From Macrostomum hystrix (lineage: Eukaryota > Animalia > Platyhelminthes): DNA of 64,000 nucleotides. The notes below the pieces were generated by a model, which saw only the letters and a program-made list of their open reading frames with translations, was not told the origin of the DNA and made no database searches. This document shows positions 36,701 through 49,200 of the stretch, piece by piece. The stretch is from contig CATNEN010000025.1 in assembly GCA_950097015.1 (NCBI GenBank), positions 6,324,001 through 6,388,000 of the forward strand, in the 5' to 3' direction. The number at the start of each line of letters is the position of its first letter. Position 1 is the stretch's first letter. The position numbers and the translations under genes are program-made.

Positions 36701-39700
36701 CTATGGGCAGTCCTCTGGCTCCTACTCTTGCCAATCTCTGCATGGCTTACTGTGAAAAAAGAGTTGATGGCCCTCCCGTGTGCTCCTCATTTTTACTAAC
36801 GTTATGTGGATGATACTTTTGCCATTTTCGACAATGAGGCCAAAAAGGAAGAGTTCTTCAATACAATCAATGCTACCCATAAGAACATCAAGTTTACTTT
36901 TGAGGGTGGTGAAAAAAAACTTCCCTTTCTGGACATTGACGTCGATGTGAGTAAAGGCTTGATTGAAACTAGCGTGTTTAGAAAAGCTAGCTTCACTGGT
37001 CTCGTGCTAAGATTTGATGCCCTCTGCCCTAGGCAATGGAAAGACGGCTTGGTGCAGTACTTTCTCCAAAGAGCTTTTTCGATTTGCAGTTCCTGGAAGC
37101 TTTTTCATGATGAGCTGGAGCAGCTTACTCGGCTGTTCATGATGAATGGATACCCTCGTGGTCATATTTCCAACATCATTAATAGGTTTCTCTGCAAGAA
37201 GTTCTCTGGTCAAAATCATACTCACAATAAAGATCTCAATAATGATCGTAGCCCCGTGATTGTGGTTCCTTCTTTGGGCCTCTGCTCCATGGAGTTTGGG
37301 AAGAAAGTTGAAAAAAATTATTTAGAAGTCACATTGATTCCCAGCTCCGGGTTTTGTTCCACACGGAAAAGATTGCTCAGTTTGTCTGCAGGTTGAAGTC
37401 CCATGTTCCTAGACCACTTGTTGCAGGTGTCATGTATAAATTTCATTGTTCTGTGGATCAGAACATCTCCTACATAGGTAAAACTAAGCGACACTTGTAC
37501 ACAAGGATTAAGGAGCATTGGATTAGAAATTCTGCCATCAATGAGCACTTTCTCTCGTGTAACTCCTGTTGCAATATGTTTAAAGTGATTGATTCCTGAA
37601 AAAAAAGCCAAGAAAAAAATTGAAAATTCTCGAGGCTATCTACATTAAGGCTCAGAAAACAAATTTGAACAGTCAGTTAGCCATGGGGGGTGCAAGCCGC
37701 CAACTCAATGTGTTTTAGCTATGTTAGAAGCGTCTTTGAAATTTGTTTTTGGTTAGTTTTTCTGTTGTTAACCGGACTGGACCGAAATTGATTCGCACAT
37801 TGAATTGTAAACTTTTCATTTCTTAAAAATATATATAACTTGGTTATGTGTGTTTAATTGATGTGTCTGCCCTGAAGATGACCGATTGTGGTCGAAATGC
37901 ATTGGCAAAATTCTAAGAAAATAAAAAATTTCAATGTTGATTCTGAGTTTTCTCTATTTAATTGTTGTCATGCGAGCTACTCTACATGAATTCGTGTTTA
38001 TATTTTTTGCATACGAGCTACAATTTTACATAGTTAGATAAAAGGATGAAATATGAAAATCGTGATCAAAGCACAACAATAAAACTTTTGAAGATAAATA
38101 AAGAGAAAAGTTTCTGAACACTGCTGGCGTTATTGTTACTGCCAATCATTTGCCGATGTTCAGCTTGAAGTGTTCTTGTTGTAACCATCTGACTAGAGCC
38201 ATCATTGTGTATATATTTAAATTAGTTTTTGTTTTTCTTGCACTAAAATTTGAAGATGGGCTATGGCATGTCCTCCATCAACTATACTACAAGTACAAAT
38301 GTTGTCGAATATAAAATTCGATATAATATCTATATTAACATATAATTCTCAGGTAAACGACTGAAACTAGTTAACGGCAGTGGTGACAGCGGGGACAATG
38401 GTGCCAATGGCGAGGAGCCAACAACTAGTGATGAAGCTGCCTCAGTTGCAGCGTCAACTGTTCACAAAGATCAAAGCAACAGTGCTACAGCAGCTGAAAC
38501 TAGCGAGCCAACGAAATCATCCAATGTGGTGGAGCCAGAGGCCAGCCTAGCCAATACTGAATCATCTAGCAAGGCGTCCCTGCCTGGGGCACAGTCTGAG
38601 GCGAGTTTTAAGTATTAGTGTCATATTATTTACATTTTAAAAGCATGCACACTTCTCTGTCCGTTTTACTTCATTTTTTCTTCCTATTCAAATACTATTC
38701 CTTGCTATCCCACTGTCACATCTTATCCCTTAGCTCTTGTTCGCCACTACAGGTCTCCGTGGTCGTCATTAGCGAGGGCGACGAAGACGCCAACAATGGT
38801 GACGATGATGACGATGACTGTCAAATAGTTGGCGTCAGTCATCGTGTTCCAGCGATGCCTCGCAGCGACATTGAATACGTTCAGCACCTGCGCGACCGGG
38901 GCCTTAATCCGCGCGACCTATTATCATCATTGCTGGGCACCAACATGTCCGGCTTCCAGGCGCCCGAGGAGGCCCTGTGGCAGCTCCTGGCTCGCCTGGT
39001 CTCGGAGCCGGCTCGCAGGAGGAGGCTAGAAAATGTGTCCACTCTAGACGATGTCGTTGTCCTGCTGTCCACCTGCCAGCGCATCCTGGTGCTAACTGGC
39101 GCCGGTGTCTCCGTTTCCTGCGGCATTCCGGACTTTCGTTCGCGCGACGGTATTTACGCCAGGCTGGCTAGCGAATACCCGGAGCTGCCAGATCCACAGT
39201 CGATGTTCGACATACACTACTTCAAGCAGGATCAGCGACCATTTTTCAAATTCGCTAAAGAGATTTATCCGGGCCAGTTTAAGCCTAGCCCGTCGCATCG
39301 GTTCATTAAAGCCTTGGAGGAGCGGGGACAGCTGTTGCGCAATTATTCGCAGAATATCGACACTCTGGAGCGGGCGGCGGGTATTGAGCGCGTGCTGAAT
39401 TGTCACGGCTCGTTTGCTACGGCTTCTTGTATGCGCTGCAAATTCAGCGTTGACTCGGACACCATCAAGGCTGACATCATGGACGAGCGCGTACCGATGT
39501 GCCCGAAGTGCGCCTCGGAGCCGGCTTCCACTTCCTCGTCTGCGGCAGCCGCCGATGCCAGCGCGTCGACATCAGCTGACGCTGGCAAAGTCGAGGAGCA
39601 GTCTCAATCAGAATCGGAGGCGCGGCCCCCCTCAGTGTTGAAGCCAGATATAGTCTTCTTTGGCGAGTCGCTGCCGGCGGAATTCTATGACAGCATCAGT

Positions 39701-40669
39701 CAGGACGAGGGCCAGGCCGATCTCCTCATTGTTATTGGCTCATCGCTTAAAGTGCAACCAGTCAGTCTAATTCCCAGCAGCCTGCCAGGCCGCGTGCCTC
39801 AGATCCTCATCAACAGGGAGCCGCTGCATCAGCACAATTTCGATGTCTGCCTATTGGGCGATTGCGATAGAATTGTTGCCGAACTGTGCCGACGTCTAGG
39901 CTGGGAGGGCGCGGTTGACGAGCCGGATGGCGCCGGTCTGCGAGAGATTCCCGGTGAAGAACTGCTGGATAGGCGACAGCAAGCCTACGCTGCCAAGGAC
40001 GCTGAGAAACCCGCTGACGATGCTGCAGCCGCATCAGGGTCGGCTCCTTCGTCCTCTGCCGCTGCAGCTGACGCCGGCCGGGCGGACGCGGACGATGACA
40101 ACGATAACGACGAGGCGGCGAAGTCGTCTTCGGCAACGCCGCACGAAGACGACTGCAACCTGTCTGCCTACCTACCGCCTGGCACATTCGCCAGATTCGG
40201 GCCCAACAAATACGTGTTCCCGGGAGCCGAGGCCCACCCCGACGAGATCTGCTCCGATGAGGAGGAGCAGGACGAGGAAGGCGACGATGAAGAAGATGAA
40301 GATGAAGATTATGATGACGATGAAGAAAGTGAATATGACGACGAAGAGTTAAGCGACTACGACGATACAGTTGAGCGTTCCCAGCAGCAAGTTGTCGTGA
40401 ATTTGGTCAGCTCAGAAGAAGAGAATGAAGCTGAGGAAGACGACGTTGTGGAAGTTGTAGAAGAAGAAAACTCAAGTGGCTCATCAGATCAGGGCGCAGA
40501 GTCTACAAGCCGGAAAGTGTCGCCTTTGTTGGTCTCGGCAAGTTCCTTAGCGCCGATCGAATCAGCAAAGCCAGTCCACTCCGTCGCAGCTGAATCAGCG
40601 GCCGTCATTGTGACGAGCGAAATCGGCGACGCGGAGGAAGACGAGCTGCTGAATTGCGATGTGGATTAA
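33789..40669 (+). CDS. SIRT1: NAD-dependent deacetylase sirtuin 1 (class Ia), about 752 aa
   Basis: Exons are 33789-33882, 38353-38600 and 38753-40669. Motifs: ILVLTGAGVSVSCGIPDFRSRDGIYARL, FFKFAKEIYPG, YSQNIDTLE, CHGSFATASC..C, PMCPKC, LKPDIVFFGE, DLLIVIGSSLKV and PQILINRE, followed by an acidic C-terminus. The catalytic exon is secure; the two short 5' exons are inferred from phase. Confidence 0.93.
35050..35180. repeat. Old interspersed repeat, copy 2 (similar to 13310-13465)
   Basis: Shares the collinear blocks listed for copy 1. Confidence 0.5.
36015..36645 (-). mobile_element. 3' fragment of an RNase H + CCHC non-LTR retrotransposon (I-group-like) with an (AAC)n tail
   Basis: The minus strand reads LTHSQSLLRSLNQGS, LQWVPGHAGLLLNEYADSTAKAG (RNase H) and ITLAQLRTGQSPLL...CPHC...DLEHMIVTC (zinc knuckle), then a stop at 36033 and AACAACAACAAC. 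Confidence 0.85.
36645..37990 (+). mobile_element. 5'-truncated, frameshifted Penelope-like element (RT + GIY-YIG endonuclease + 3' pLTR)
   Basis: RT motifs YYRQIDGCAMGSPLAPTLANL, YVDDTFAIF, NIKFTFE..KLPFLDI, SVFRK and NGYP. GIY-YIG motifs GVMYKFHC..SYIGKTKRHLYTRIKEH and LEAIYIK..NLNSQ. A hammerhead lies downstream. The 3' boundary is approximate. Confidence 0.93.
37868..37907 (+). ncRNA. Minimal type I hammerhead ribozyme in the Penelope pLTR
   Basis: The sequence parses as TGCC-CTGAAGA-T-GACC-GATTGT-GGTC-GAAA-TGCA-TT-GGCA. This gives stem I TGCC/GGCA, core CUGANGA and GAAA, stem II GACC/GGTC, palindromic helix III ATGCAT and cleavage triplet AUU. Confidence 0.85.
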
Positions 40670-41455
40670 AATTTCTTGCGATTCGCATTTTGTCGGTTTG
40701 TAACAAATGAAAGCAAACACTGGCAAAATTTTGTTATAATGTTGCGTTTAATTTTATGCCTCCTAATTTAATACCATCGTGCTACTGCCAGCTACTTACA
40801 TGTAAGTAGTATCTAAGCATGTAAATATATTTATTTAGCTACAAGTTAGCCCAGATCATAGTTGTAGGGTTTTATGCTTGCATTTTGTTGCTGTTTTGTA
40901 TGTCTGTCAGCCTGTGTGTTTGTTTTTGTGTTTTCTAACTTTTTTAACTGAAGTAATTTAATTGCACGACACCTTCATTTTATAGACGTCGGTAGCTACA
41001 AATTCCTAAATTTCTATAACAGGTAGCATTGAATTAATGCTTTCACATCTATTCAACCTGTTTAATCCCTTTTGTAACTCTTGGATCATTGCCCTTGTCC
41101 TTTCTGTGAGTCACTTTCTGTACAGTGAAAGATTGCTTGGCCTATGACTTAATCACTATCCCAATCATAGCTACAGCAGTACACGCGTACGGTTGCAAAG
41201 CTGGTGTGTCTATTTTTGTTAAACTGTTAAAAATTATTAAAAAGCGTTATCCTTAACTGATTTTGAATTCTAAAATAATTCGAATGGCAGTACTTTTTAA
41301 ATATACATAAATTTTAGTTCCAGGCATTGGCTGAATTTTAATTATCTGCCTTGCATGCTTTTAAACTTTCGTATCGTTTTTTATTATCGTTATTACTGAT
41401 GTGCTCTAAAATGTAATATCTCATTCCAAATCCTAATTTAGGCTGTCGGAGTGTC

Positions 41456-42150
41456 TGTCACATCCCAGATTCTCATGTGACAGATTCTCATTGTTGAGTT
41501 GTCAGTTCCATCACAGATTCTCATTGTTGAGTTGTCAGTTCCATCACAGATTCTCATTGTTGAGCTGTCAGTTCCATCACAGATTCTCATTGTTGAGCTG
41601 TCAGTTCCATCACAGATTCTCATTGTTGAGTTGTCAGTTCCATCACAGATTCTCATTGTTGAGTTGTCAGTTCCATCACAGATTCTCATTGTTGAGTTGT
41701 CAGTTCCATCACAGATTCTCATTGTTGAGTTGTCAGTTCCATCACAGATTCTCATTGTTGAGCTGTCAGTTCCATCACAGATTCTCATTGTTGAGCTGTC
41801 AGTTCCATCACAGATTCTCATTGTTGAGTTGTCAGTTCCATCACAGATTCTCATTGTTGAGTTGTCAGTTCCATCACAGATTCTCATTGTTGAGTTGTCA
41901 GTTCCATCACAGATTCTCATTGTTGAGTTGTCAGTTCCATCACAGATTCTCATTGTTGAGTTGTCAGTTCCATCACAGATTCTCATTGTTGAGCTGTCAG
42001 TCCCATCACAGATCCTCATTGTTGAGCTGTCAGTCACATCACAGATCCTCATTGTTGAGCTGTCAGTCACATCACAGATCCTCATTGTTGAGCTGTCAGT
42101 CACATCACAGATCCTCATTGTTGAGCTGTCAGTCCCATCTCTGATCCTCA
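41456..42150. repeat. 33-bp minisatellite (CACAGATTCTCATTGTTGAGTTGTCAGTTCCAT), about 20 copies
   Basis: Direct tandem repeat between the convergent SIRT1 and DNAH7 stops. Confidence 0.97.
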
Positions 42151-42189
42151 TTCTCCTATCCCAAATCATTTTTGTTTTTTTTATTACAG

Positions 42190-42345
42190 GTTGAGCAACC
42201 TTGTAGCCTAGTGGTGTGTACTTCTGAATAATCGGTCGGGTGTTCGAATCTCAGCCGTCAGCTGGGGTAGAAATTTTGTTGGGTTTGTCTGCCTCTCCAG
42301 TCCATGGACTGAATAGTTGTACACCGCCTTAGTACACATCAATCT
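42190..42345 (+). mobile_element. tRNA-derived SINE family B relic
   Basis: A-box TAGCCTAGTGG and B-box GTTCGAATC. Its 3' block CCAGTCCATGGACTGAATAG resembles CCTGTCCATGAACTGAACAG in the 45215 copy. Confidence 0.55.
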
Positions 42346-43232
42346 ATTTATATTTCACATCAGCCATCGAAATTAGTTTTTGCAAGTCTAGCTCAGAGCA
42401 AAGAAGTGGCATTTCACTGATGTTGAAAAAATCTGTTGTAAAAGTTTTAAACAAGCCGACAATATAGGGAGCCTCAGGTTATTTTAACAAACTATATTTC
42501 GATACAGGTTGATAGCGGCATAACAAAAATAGGAAATCGAAAATCAACAGCAAAACTTTCTGTCAGTCAATGTAGCTACATATCTGCCTTCATATTCCTT
42601 CATATCTGCCTGGTTGTCAACACGTTTTTTGCCAAAAAGGTAGTTTCGCTTCCAGCGATCATTGGTTGCTGGTGCATTCCGCTTAATTTCGTGCTAACAA
42701 ATTTTGTTTCAGCTAGGAGTACGTTTCAACGTCAAGAATATATTATTTATTATCGATTTTCTTCGTTTCTACGTAGCCTTTCTATTATTAATAAGCGGTT
42801 GCACTTCACTTGATGAAACACGTCTTTAGACCGCGAAATTCTCGGCAATATACTATAAGTAGTCTGTAGAGAGCATTCGATAGTTTTTTAAAATAAAAAA
42901 CGATAGAAAAAAGCGAAGTGCACATACGAACCAGTAAAATTGAGACGGAAGAGAATTCAAATCGGGCCAAAAAAACTGTGAATTGGGATTCTTGACGGAG
43001 GAGTGGAGGGAGGAGACGGGCGTGAAAAACAAGCAGCTTTGAGAACTTAAAAAAACTGAGTCCAGGTATTTCTCTAAAAAAATAAGCAATTAGCGCGGCA
43101 ACAGGCTAAACTATGAAGTTCAAACTTAGTGGGAATTCGCGAGGATTTCAACGGATAAATGGTATGCATCTCACAATAGGGTACACATGCAGGCTCAGGA
43201 AAGGCTCAGTAACAGGAAATCTACAGGAGTTT

Positions 43233-46200
43233 TCACTCGTCCAGTTGGCAGATGAGGGCAACGCCGCGCATAACCCAGTGCGACTGAGGCTTGTCAGTCG
43301 GGATGGTCATGGCCATCACGTAGTTGGTTGAGTGGCCCGTGGTGGACAGGACACCGCGCCGCTCGGAGGTCTTGTAGATCGGACAGTTGTAGCTGCTGCC
43401 CGGATCGATGTCGGCTCTCTTGGCTGGCTTCAGCCACACCTGCAAATAATGGTTCGAAATGTGACAGTTTGATCTACATGCGCACATTGCTCCAATGAGG
43501 GGGTGGGTGGGAGAGCGGTTAACGCGTTTGCCTCTCGCACCAAGGCCACTAAGCTCGATTCCGCGGCGAGGCCACATTCATTTAGGGCGCAGCCGCGAAG
43601 AGAAGGTTTGGGGGCTTGTCGTGCAATTTACGCCCTTGAGGACCAACCTCCGAGACACAGTGAAGTTGTAAACTGTCTGACGATGAGAAAGTCAGGGCAA
43701 ATTTGTGAGCGTATGCCTGCGTACGTTATAGTGAAATATGCGTGTGTGCTCAGGAATTGCCCGCAGCCCTCCTGTAATTATTATTTTTATTGCTCTAAAG
43801 GGAAGAGAGCCCACCATTTAGCTTGTTACGCGACTCACCGTTGGCACACTGTCGTGCAGCACCTTGGGCGTCGACTCGGCTAGCTGCTTGCGCTGCCTGT
43901 CCCACCTGGCTCCGACCACAAACAGGCCTTGGACGAGGGCGCCTGCGGCATTGGCGAAAAAGGATTAATCATTTGGCTGCACTATGTGTCACTTACTAAG
44001 TTAGCTAACTTACCATCATCCGGCTCTTTATCATAGTGCTTGTCCTCCAGGATTTCAAAATCGAATGCCAGCAGGTCAATCGGGATAGTGTACTTTCTGG
44101 CGTAGTTCTGCTGCACGCCAGTTAGGAAGGCCTGTGTGAAGTAGAAACCGGAGACCCAGAACACCGGCGGCGGTCCATTATCGAACCAGTCCTGGTCGAA
44201 CGCATTGTTGGGTCGGTTAAAGATTAAAAGTTTAGAGTCTTATACCTAGCGTTTCAACTAACACCTGTGCACAGTTGCTCACCTGCAAGAATTTCAGTCG
44301 GGCCAAGAAATCGTTGATATACGAACCGACTGGCTTCAGCGATGGATAGCTCTTCTTCATCCACATGCCGGGAATCTTGGACTTCAATAGACTGGACGTC
44401 ACCTCCTCGAGATCTGGCGACATCACCACCAGGCCCTTGATAGCCTTGCGGATGTTGGCCAGCGAGCTTCTGATGACAGTCAGCAGGGCGTTGAATCGAA
44501 CCATCTCCTGGACGAGGACAGTGTTCATGCTCTGCTTGTAGCTGGTCGGGTACTTCCTTAGCGAGATCTCAATGTCGAAGTCCTTCGGCAGACGCTCCAA
44601 AATGTCGGCAGCGACACTGTCGATGATGTCGTCGGTGCCTTTGCCACCGTCGCTGCCGGAGCGAGACTGGAGAGTGGTGGACGATAAAGAGCGTGTAATT
44701 CTCATGCTGAGCAATTTATCATTAAGGTATTCAGAGAAAGCTGAGGTGAGGGAACACAAAATAATAAATTATTTTGCCAGGAATTCACGAGTCAATCTTT
44801 TCACAATTTACCGACGGTCTTGAATGTGCATTATTGGTATAAAAGTGATCAGGTGTACATTGATGATAACCGACAACAACAATAATATGGTAAATTCTGA
44901 AATTCATGTAAAATTTTGATTCTAATACTACTTTGGCATATCCCCGTGAAGCAAATGCTGAATGCATGTAAATTAATTTAAACGGAGGCAATGTGAAATA
45001 CCTTCTCAACTGTGATTTTCAAAGGCGCACAAAGAGTCCAAAAATAATTTCCTATTTTATCTTACACGTTAAGCGACTGCTCCGGATATTTACGTTGGAA
45101 ACTGACAGCGAATGGGGTGATAATTTTGTTCCGATGAACTTTATCTATCAGTAAAACAATATTTCCAGATTACAACACTTAAAAATCATCATGATAGAAG
45201 CTTCATCGACTCATGACTTGAAGGTGAAGGGTTCGATTCACGTCTCCACTGGAACAACCTGTGTCCTTTAGCAAGACACTTAATTGTTTCAGTTCACCCA
45301 GCTGTTAAATGGGTACCAGCATTAGCTGGGTGGGTGTGGCGTTCTCCCCTGTCCATGAACTGAACAGCCGTACGCAGCCTTCTGATGCCCCGCGCATCAG
45401 CTTCGGCTGTGCTATCGACTAAACATCTGGCAGGTGTAATCAATTACATGTCTCACTTTCTGGGTTCAATTAGAGCTATACAAATTTACATCATTTTATA
45501 CTTCCGACAACAACCTCACGCCCCGCTCTATCCTTTAAGTTCGTAAGGTCGACCCTGATTGGCTGCCAGCACATGCTAGAAGTCTTGACACTTTCACTCA
45601 CTACGCCAGTCACTTTACAGCTGAATTTCGGAGCATCAAGTTCGGGAAAAGGCACGCACATTTACAGAGGAGATTATGGTTGCCTATTTTGGGTTTGGAA
45701 AACGTTGACGAACAAATATTATCGCAGACTTCTGGTTCGGGCACAATTGAAAGTCCCTTGGACGGAACCGATTACTTACTAGAGTTGGCACACTAGCAAA
45801 AAGTTTCAGCAAAGCTTCGCGCTCAGCTATGTGCCAAATAAGGTGGAGACAGTTGTTCTGGAACGCGATGTAGTTTTTTCAACAGCGGGCATGTGTTAAA
45901 TCCGTGTCTTAAATTCTTGGGCGAAAGCCAGCGCGCTACGGAATCGAGTGCATGGCAACAGAAAGTTTGAATTTCATAAAAAAATAAAACTACGAGAAAA
46001 ATGCAGAATGCTAAACCATCGAGCATGTTATCAAGGATTTGGTTGCTTAGAAAAGCGTATTCTATTACTTTTTCTTCATCACCTGCTCGTGCAGTTTAGC
46101 ACTGTCCTGGGCCATTGTTAAGGTCTGATTTCCTGGCTTCAAGGTGTCGCATTTGTTAACACATGGATTTATATTATCACGAAAAGTTATTAATTTTTCG

Positions 46201-49200
46201 TTAAAGGTACCAGTTAGTTAAGGCGAATGAAAAAATATGGCTTAGTAGATGAAGGCGCCAAGAGTTCAGTTAGTTAATTTGCTAAACAGAAAGAGTTGCA
46301 ACTTAAACGAAGATGCAGAATGCGTGGTGTTCGCTTTGCTTTGCAGAGCTCTATTAGCTTCTGAATTACCTGTGTAAGCAGGATGCTATTGAATAACAGG
46401 TTGGTCTCCTGCTGGTCCTTGGTGATGTCAGCATTCGGATGCATGCCGAACACCTGCGGCTGCGGATTCAACGGCAGACTCTTGATGTACTCCAGGTAGC
46501 TGTCGTACTGCAAGGTAGAATGGTTGCGGGTTTTAATAATTAGGTTTCTGGGTTTAGCATGGCGGTAGGTTTTCAGGTAGTAACGGGGCGGACTACACGA
46601 ACTCACCTCTCCGTCGGCTGGTGCATAGTACAGTCCAGTCTCGTCGAACTTGTAAGAGTCGTCGGCGATGATCTCCTTGCAGTAGAACTTGTTCAGAATG
46701 GTCTTGAGGGTGCGCCGGTCCCACTCCTCGGTGACTCGGCCGCCGTAGTTGCACTCGCCAGTCAGGTATCTCAACGCGTCAAACTGCACGTCCTCGTACT
46801 CGTTAAGGAACATGTGCAGCTGCTGCACGGAGATTCGCAGGTCGGTTTCGTTGAACTCGTAGGGGATGTTCCAGCCCATGGGCCCGAATTTGCGTCGCTC
46901 CTGCACGATGGCGTGGAAGAAGCACAGTCCGAAGAGCATCTTCTTCCAGGCGCGCGGGTTGTGCGACTCGTTGAAGAACTCCGGATTGCTGATTGGATCG
47001 GTGCGGTAGGAGCGGGCGATGTTGAAGCGCAGCCCCTTGGGCGGCTCGTTGGTCATCTTGACGCCGTTCTGCAAGATGGACACCGGGAAACTGTCGGAGG
47101 GGTAGCTGGTGAGCCACAGACGGAAGTCCGGATGGGTCTTCTCCGGGCTGAAGTCCTCGACGATCTTTTCCAGCGTTGGCATCCAGCTCGGCGCCAAGTG
47201 GCAGTTCTGCAGCAGGATCCACATGCCGTCCTTGGTTCCGCGCTCCATTTTGCCAATGGCAATTGGTCCTTGGCCCTGGCCTAGTGACAGGAAGTCGAAC
47301 TTGGAGCCGCCGAAGCCCATATCGTCGGCGAACTTCAACAGGCTGGCCATCGGGTCGGCTCCCGGGGACAGCACGAACAGCAACGGAGAGCAGCAGTTGG
47401 AGTCGTTGAACGAGCCTGGCAGATCGAAGGACGGCGGCTCGATGTACTTCTTGCCTAGCTTCTTCTCGACAAAGTCCTGCACTGCGGGCACAATCTTGTC
47501 CGGCCGGAGGCAGCGCAGCACGCACAGTCTGGGGAAGTCTTCGGCCAGCTTCTCCGCCCACTCGCCAGGAGGCTTCTCGTTCTGCGGCTCGGCGCTGTCG
47601 TAGATGACCTTCCACTGGTCCTTCTGGGCCATGAACTTCTGCCTGATGGACTTAAAGCGCGGCAGGTCGTCCAGGCGGCAGATCTCGTCCCAGGACTTGG
47701 GCGGCAGCCAGGCAGTGGGGTTGGGATTGGGATTGTCGAGTCCCACACCGCCAGTGAGGAGGAAGCGCCACTCATCCTCGTTCACAAGCTTCTCGTGCTT
47801 CTGCAGGTTGATGCAGAGCAGGAAGGAGAACAGCAGCTTGTCCTTCTCGAAAAGAGATCTGCAGACGTTGCAGTACAGAGAGTAGGTGAAGTGCAGTCGA
47901 AGGTTCTCCAAACGCTGCGTCAGGTTATCCGACTTCGGAGAGTTGTCGATCGACATGACGAACAGGTTAATGAACCAGGTGAGTGAATACTGGTACATTG
48001 GGTCGATGTTGCCCAGATCGGCGACTGTGAAGAACAGAATGGTCGAATGCACGGCGATTGGGACGTAGCCGGCTCGGGCCTCGTCGATTTTCTTCTCTGT
48101 GATCTCGGCGATATCCTGCTTCTCCGAGATTTCATTACTTAGCGTCTTGGATGAGTTGAGTACCTTGATGGCGGACTCGTCCTCCAGGATGTTGCCCTCA
48201 GAAGCGGACAGCACATAGAGGATCTTGTCCTCAATCTCCTTCAGCTGGCGCTTGTTCTCGGCTCCCTGAACGATTAGCTGATTCTTTTCCTCCTCCAGCT
48301 CTGGCTTCTCCCGTGCCACAACAATGCCCAGCAGCTGGTCCTGCAGACCCTCCGGAGTGATCATGAAGTTCAGCAGTGTCACCTTCACAGCCACTTCAGG
48401 TAAATAGTGCGGGTTCCTCAGCTTGGTTGTGATGTATAGACGGAAGTCGTTCGAGTACTCGATGATCGAGTCGCCGAGCTTGATGCAGACTGCTCCGCCC
48501 TGTTTGAATGTCTGCTTGAGCAGTAGGGGCTCGAGCAGAGGATCCAACTCCTCACCCACATTCTCCAGCAGCACCGGCGTGCCGAACTGGATGGCGTTCT
48601 CGAGATTGCGCACGAAATCTGAGTCGCTGAACTTGCACACCTTCAGGTTATTGGCCTTCTCATTGTTCTTGATCCACTTGTTGGCCTGGCCCTGAGGGTC
48701 AATCATCAGTGGCCAGCGCCTGGCGTTCTTGATGATGATGCCGTTCTCAACTGAAAAGTCGTCGGTGGGCAGACCGTTGATGTTCCACGACCGGATCTCC
48801 ACCGGGTTGCCCAGGGTCTGCACGAGGCTGAACCGCTCAGACACGGGGATGTTCTGCTCGCGCACCTCTCCCACCCACTCCTGCGTCTGGTCCTGGCGGA
48901 ATGCGGATGTGAAGGCGCCGAGATAGGCGACAACGCCGGAGCTGATGAGAATGTCGCCGGTCAAGTTTGTGTAGGTGATGCCCAGGTTGTGGGCGGCCTC
49001 GCGCCAACGGTCCTTTTCGCCACCGAGGCCACCGATGAGCTGCTCGGCGCGGTCCAGCTTCTTGGTGCAAAGGTCGACCTCGTTCTCCAGCTCGATCTTG
49101 CGCTTCTTGTTCATCTCTAAATCGCTGCGCAGCTTCTCTAGCCGGTCCTGAACAGCCTTCAGCGTTGCCTGCTTCTTGGCGAGAGCCTCCTGGGCCACCG

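Noticed and set aside
38000-38220. Possible 5' continuation of the minus-strand LINE beyond the Penelope element
   Set aside because: There is only a vague NDGSS/LQAE resemblance to RNase H motifs in AT-rich sequence, which is not convincing.
41438-42194. 11-aa repeat ORFs on both strands
   Set aside because: They are translations of the 33-bp array.
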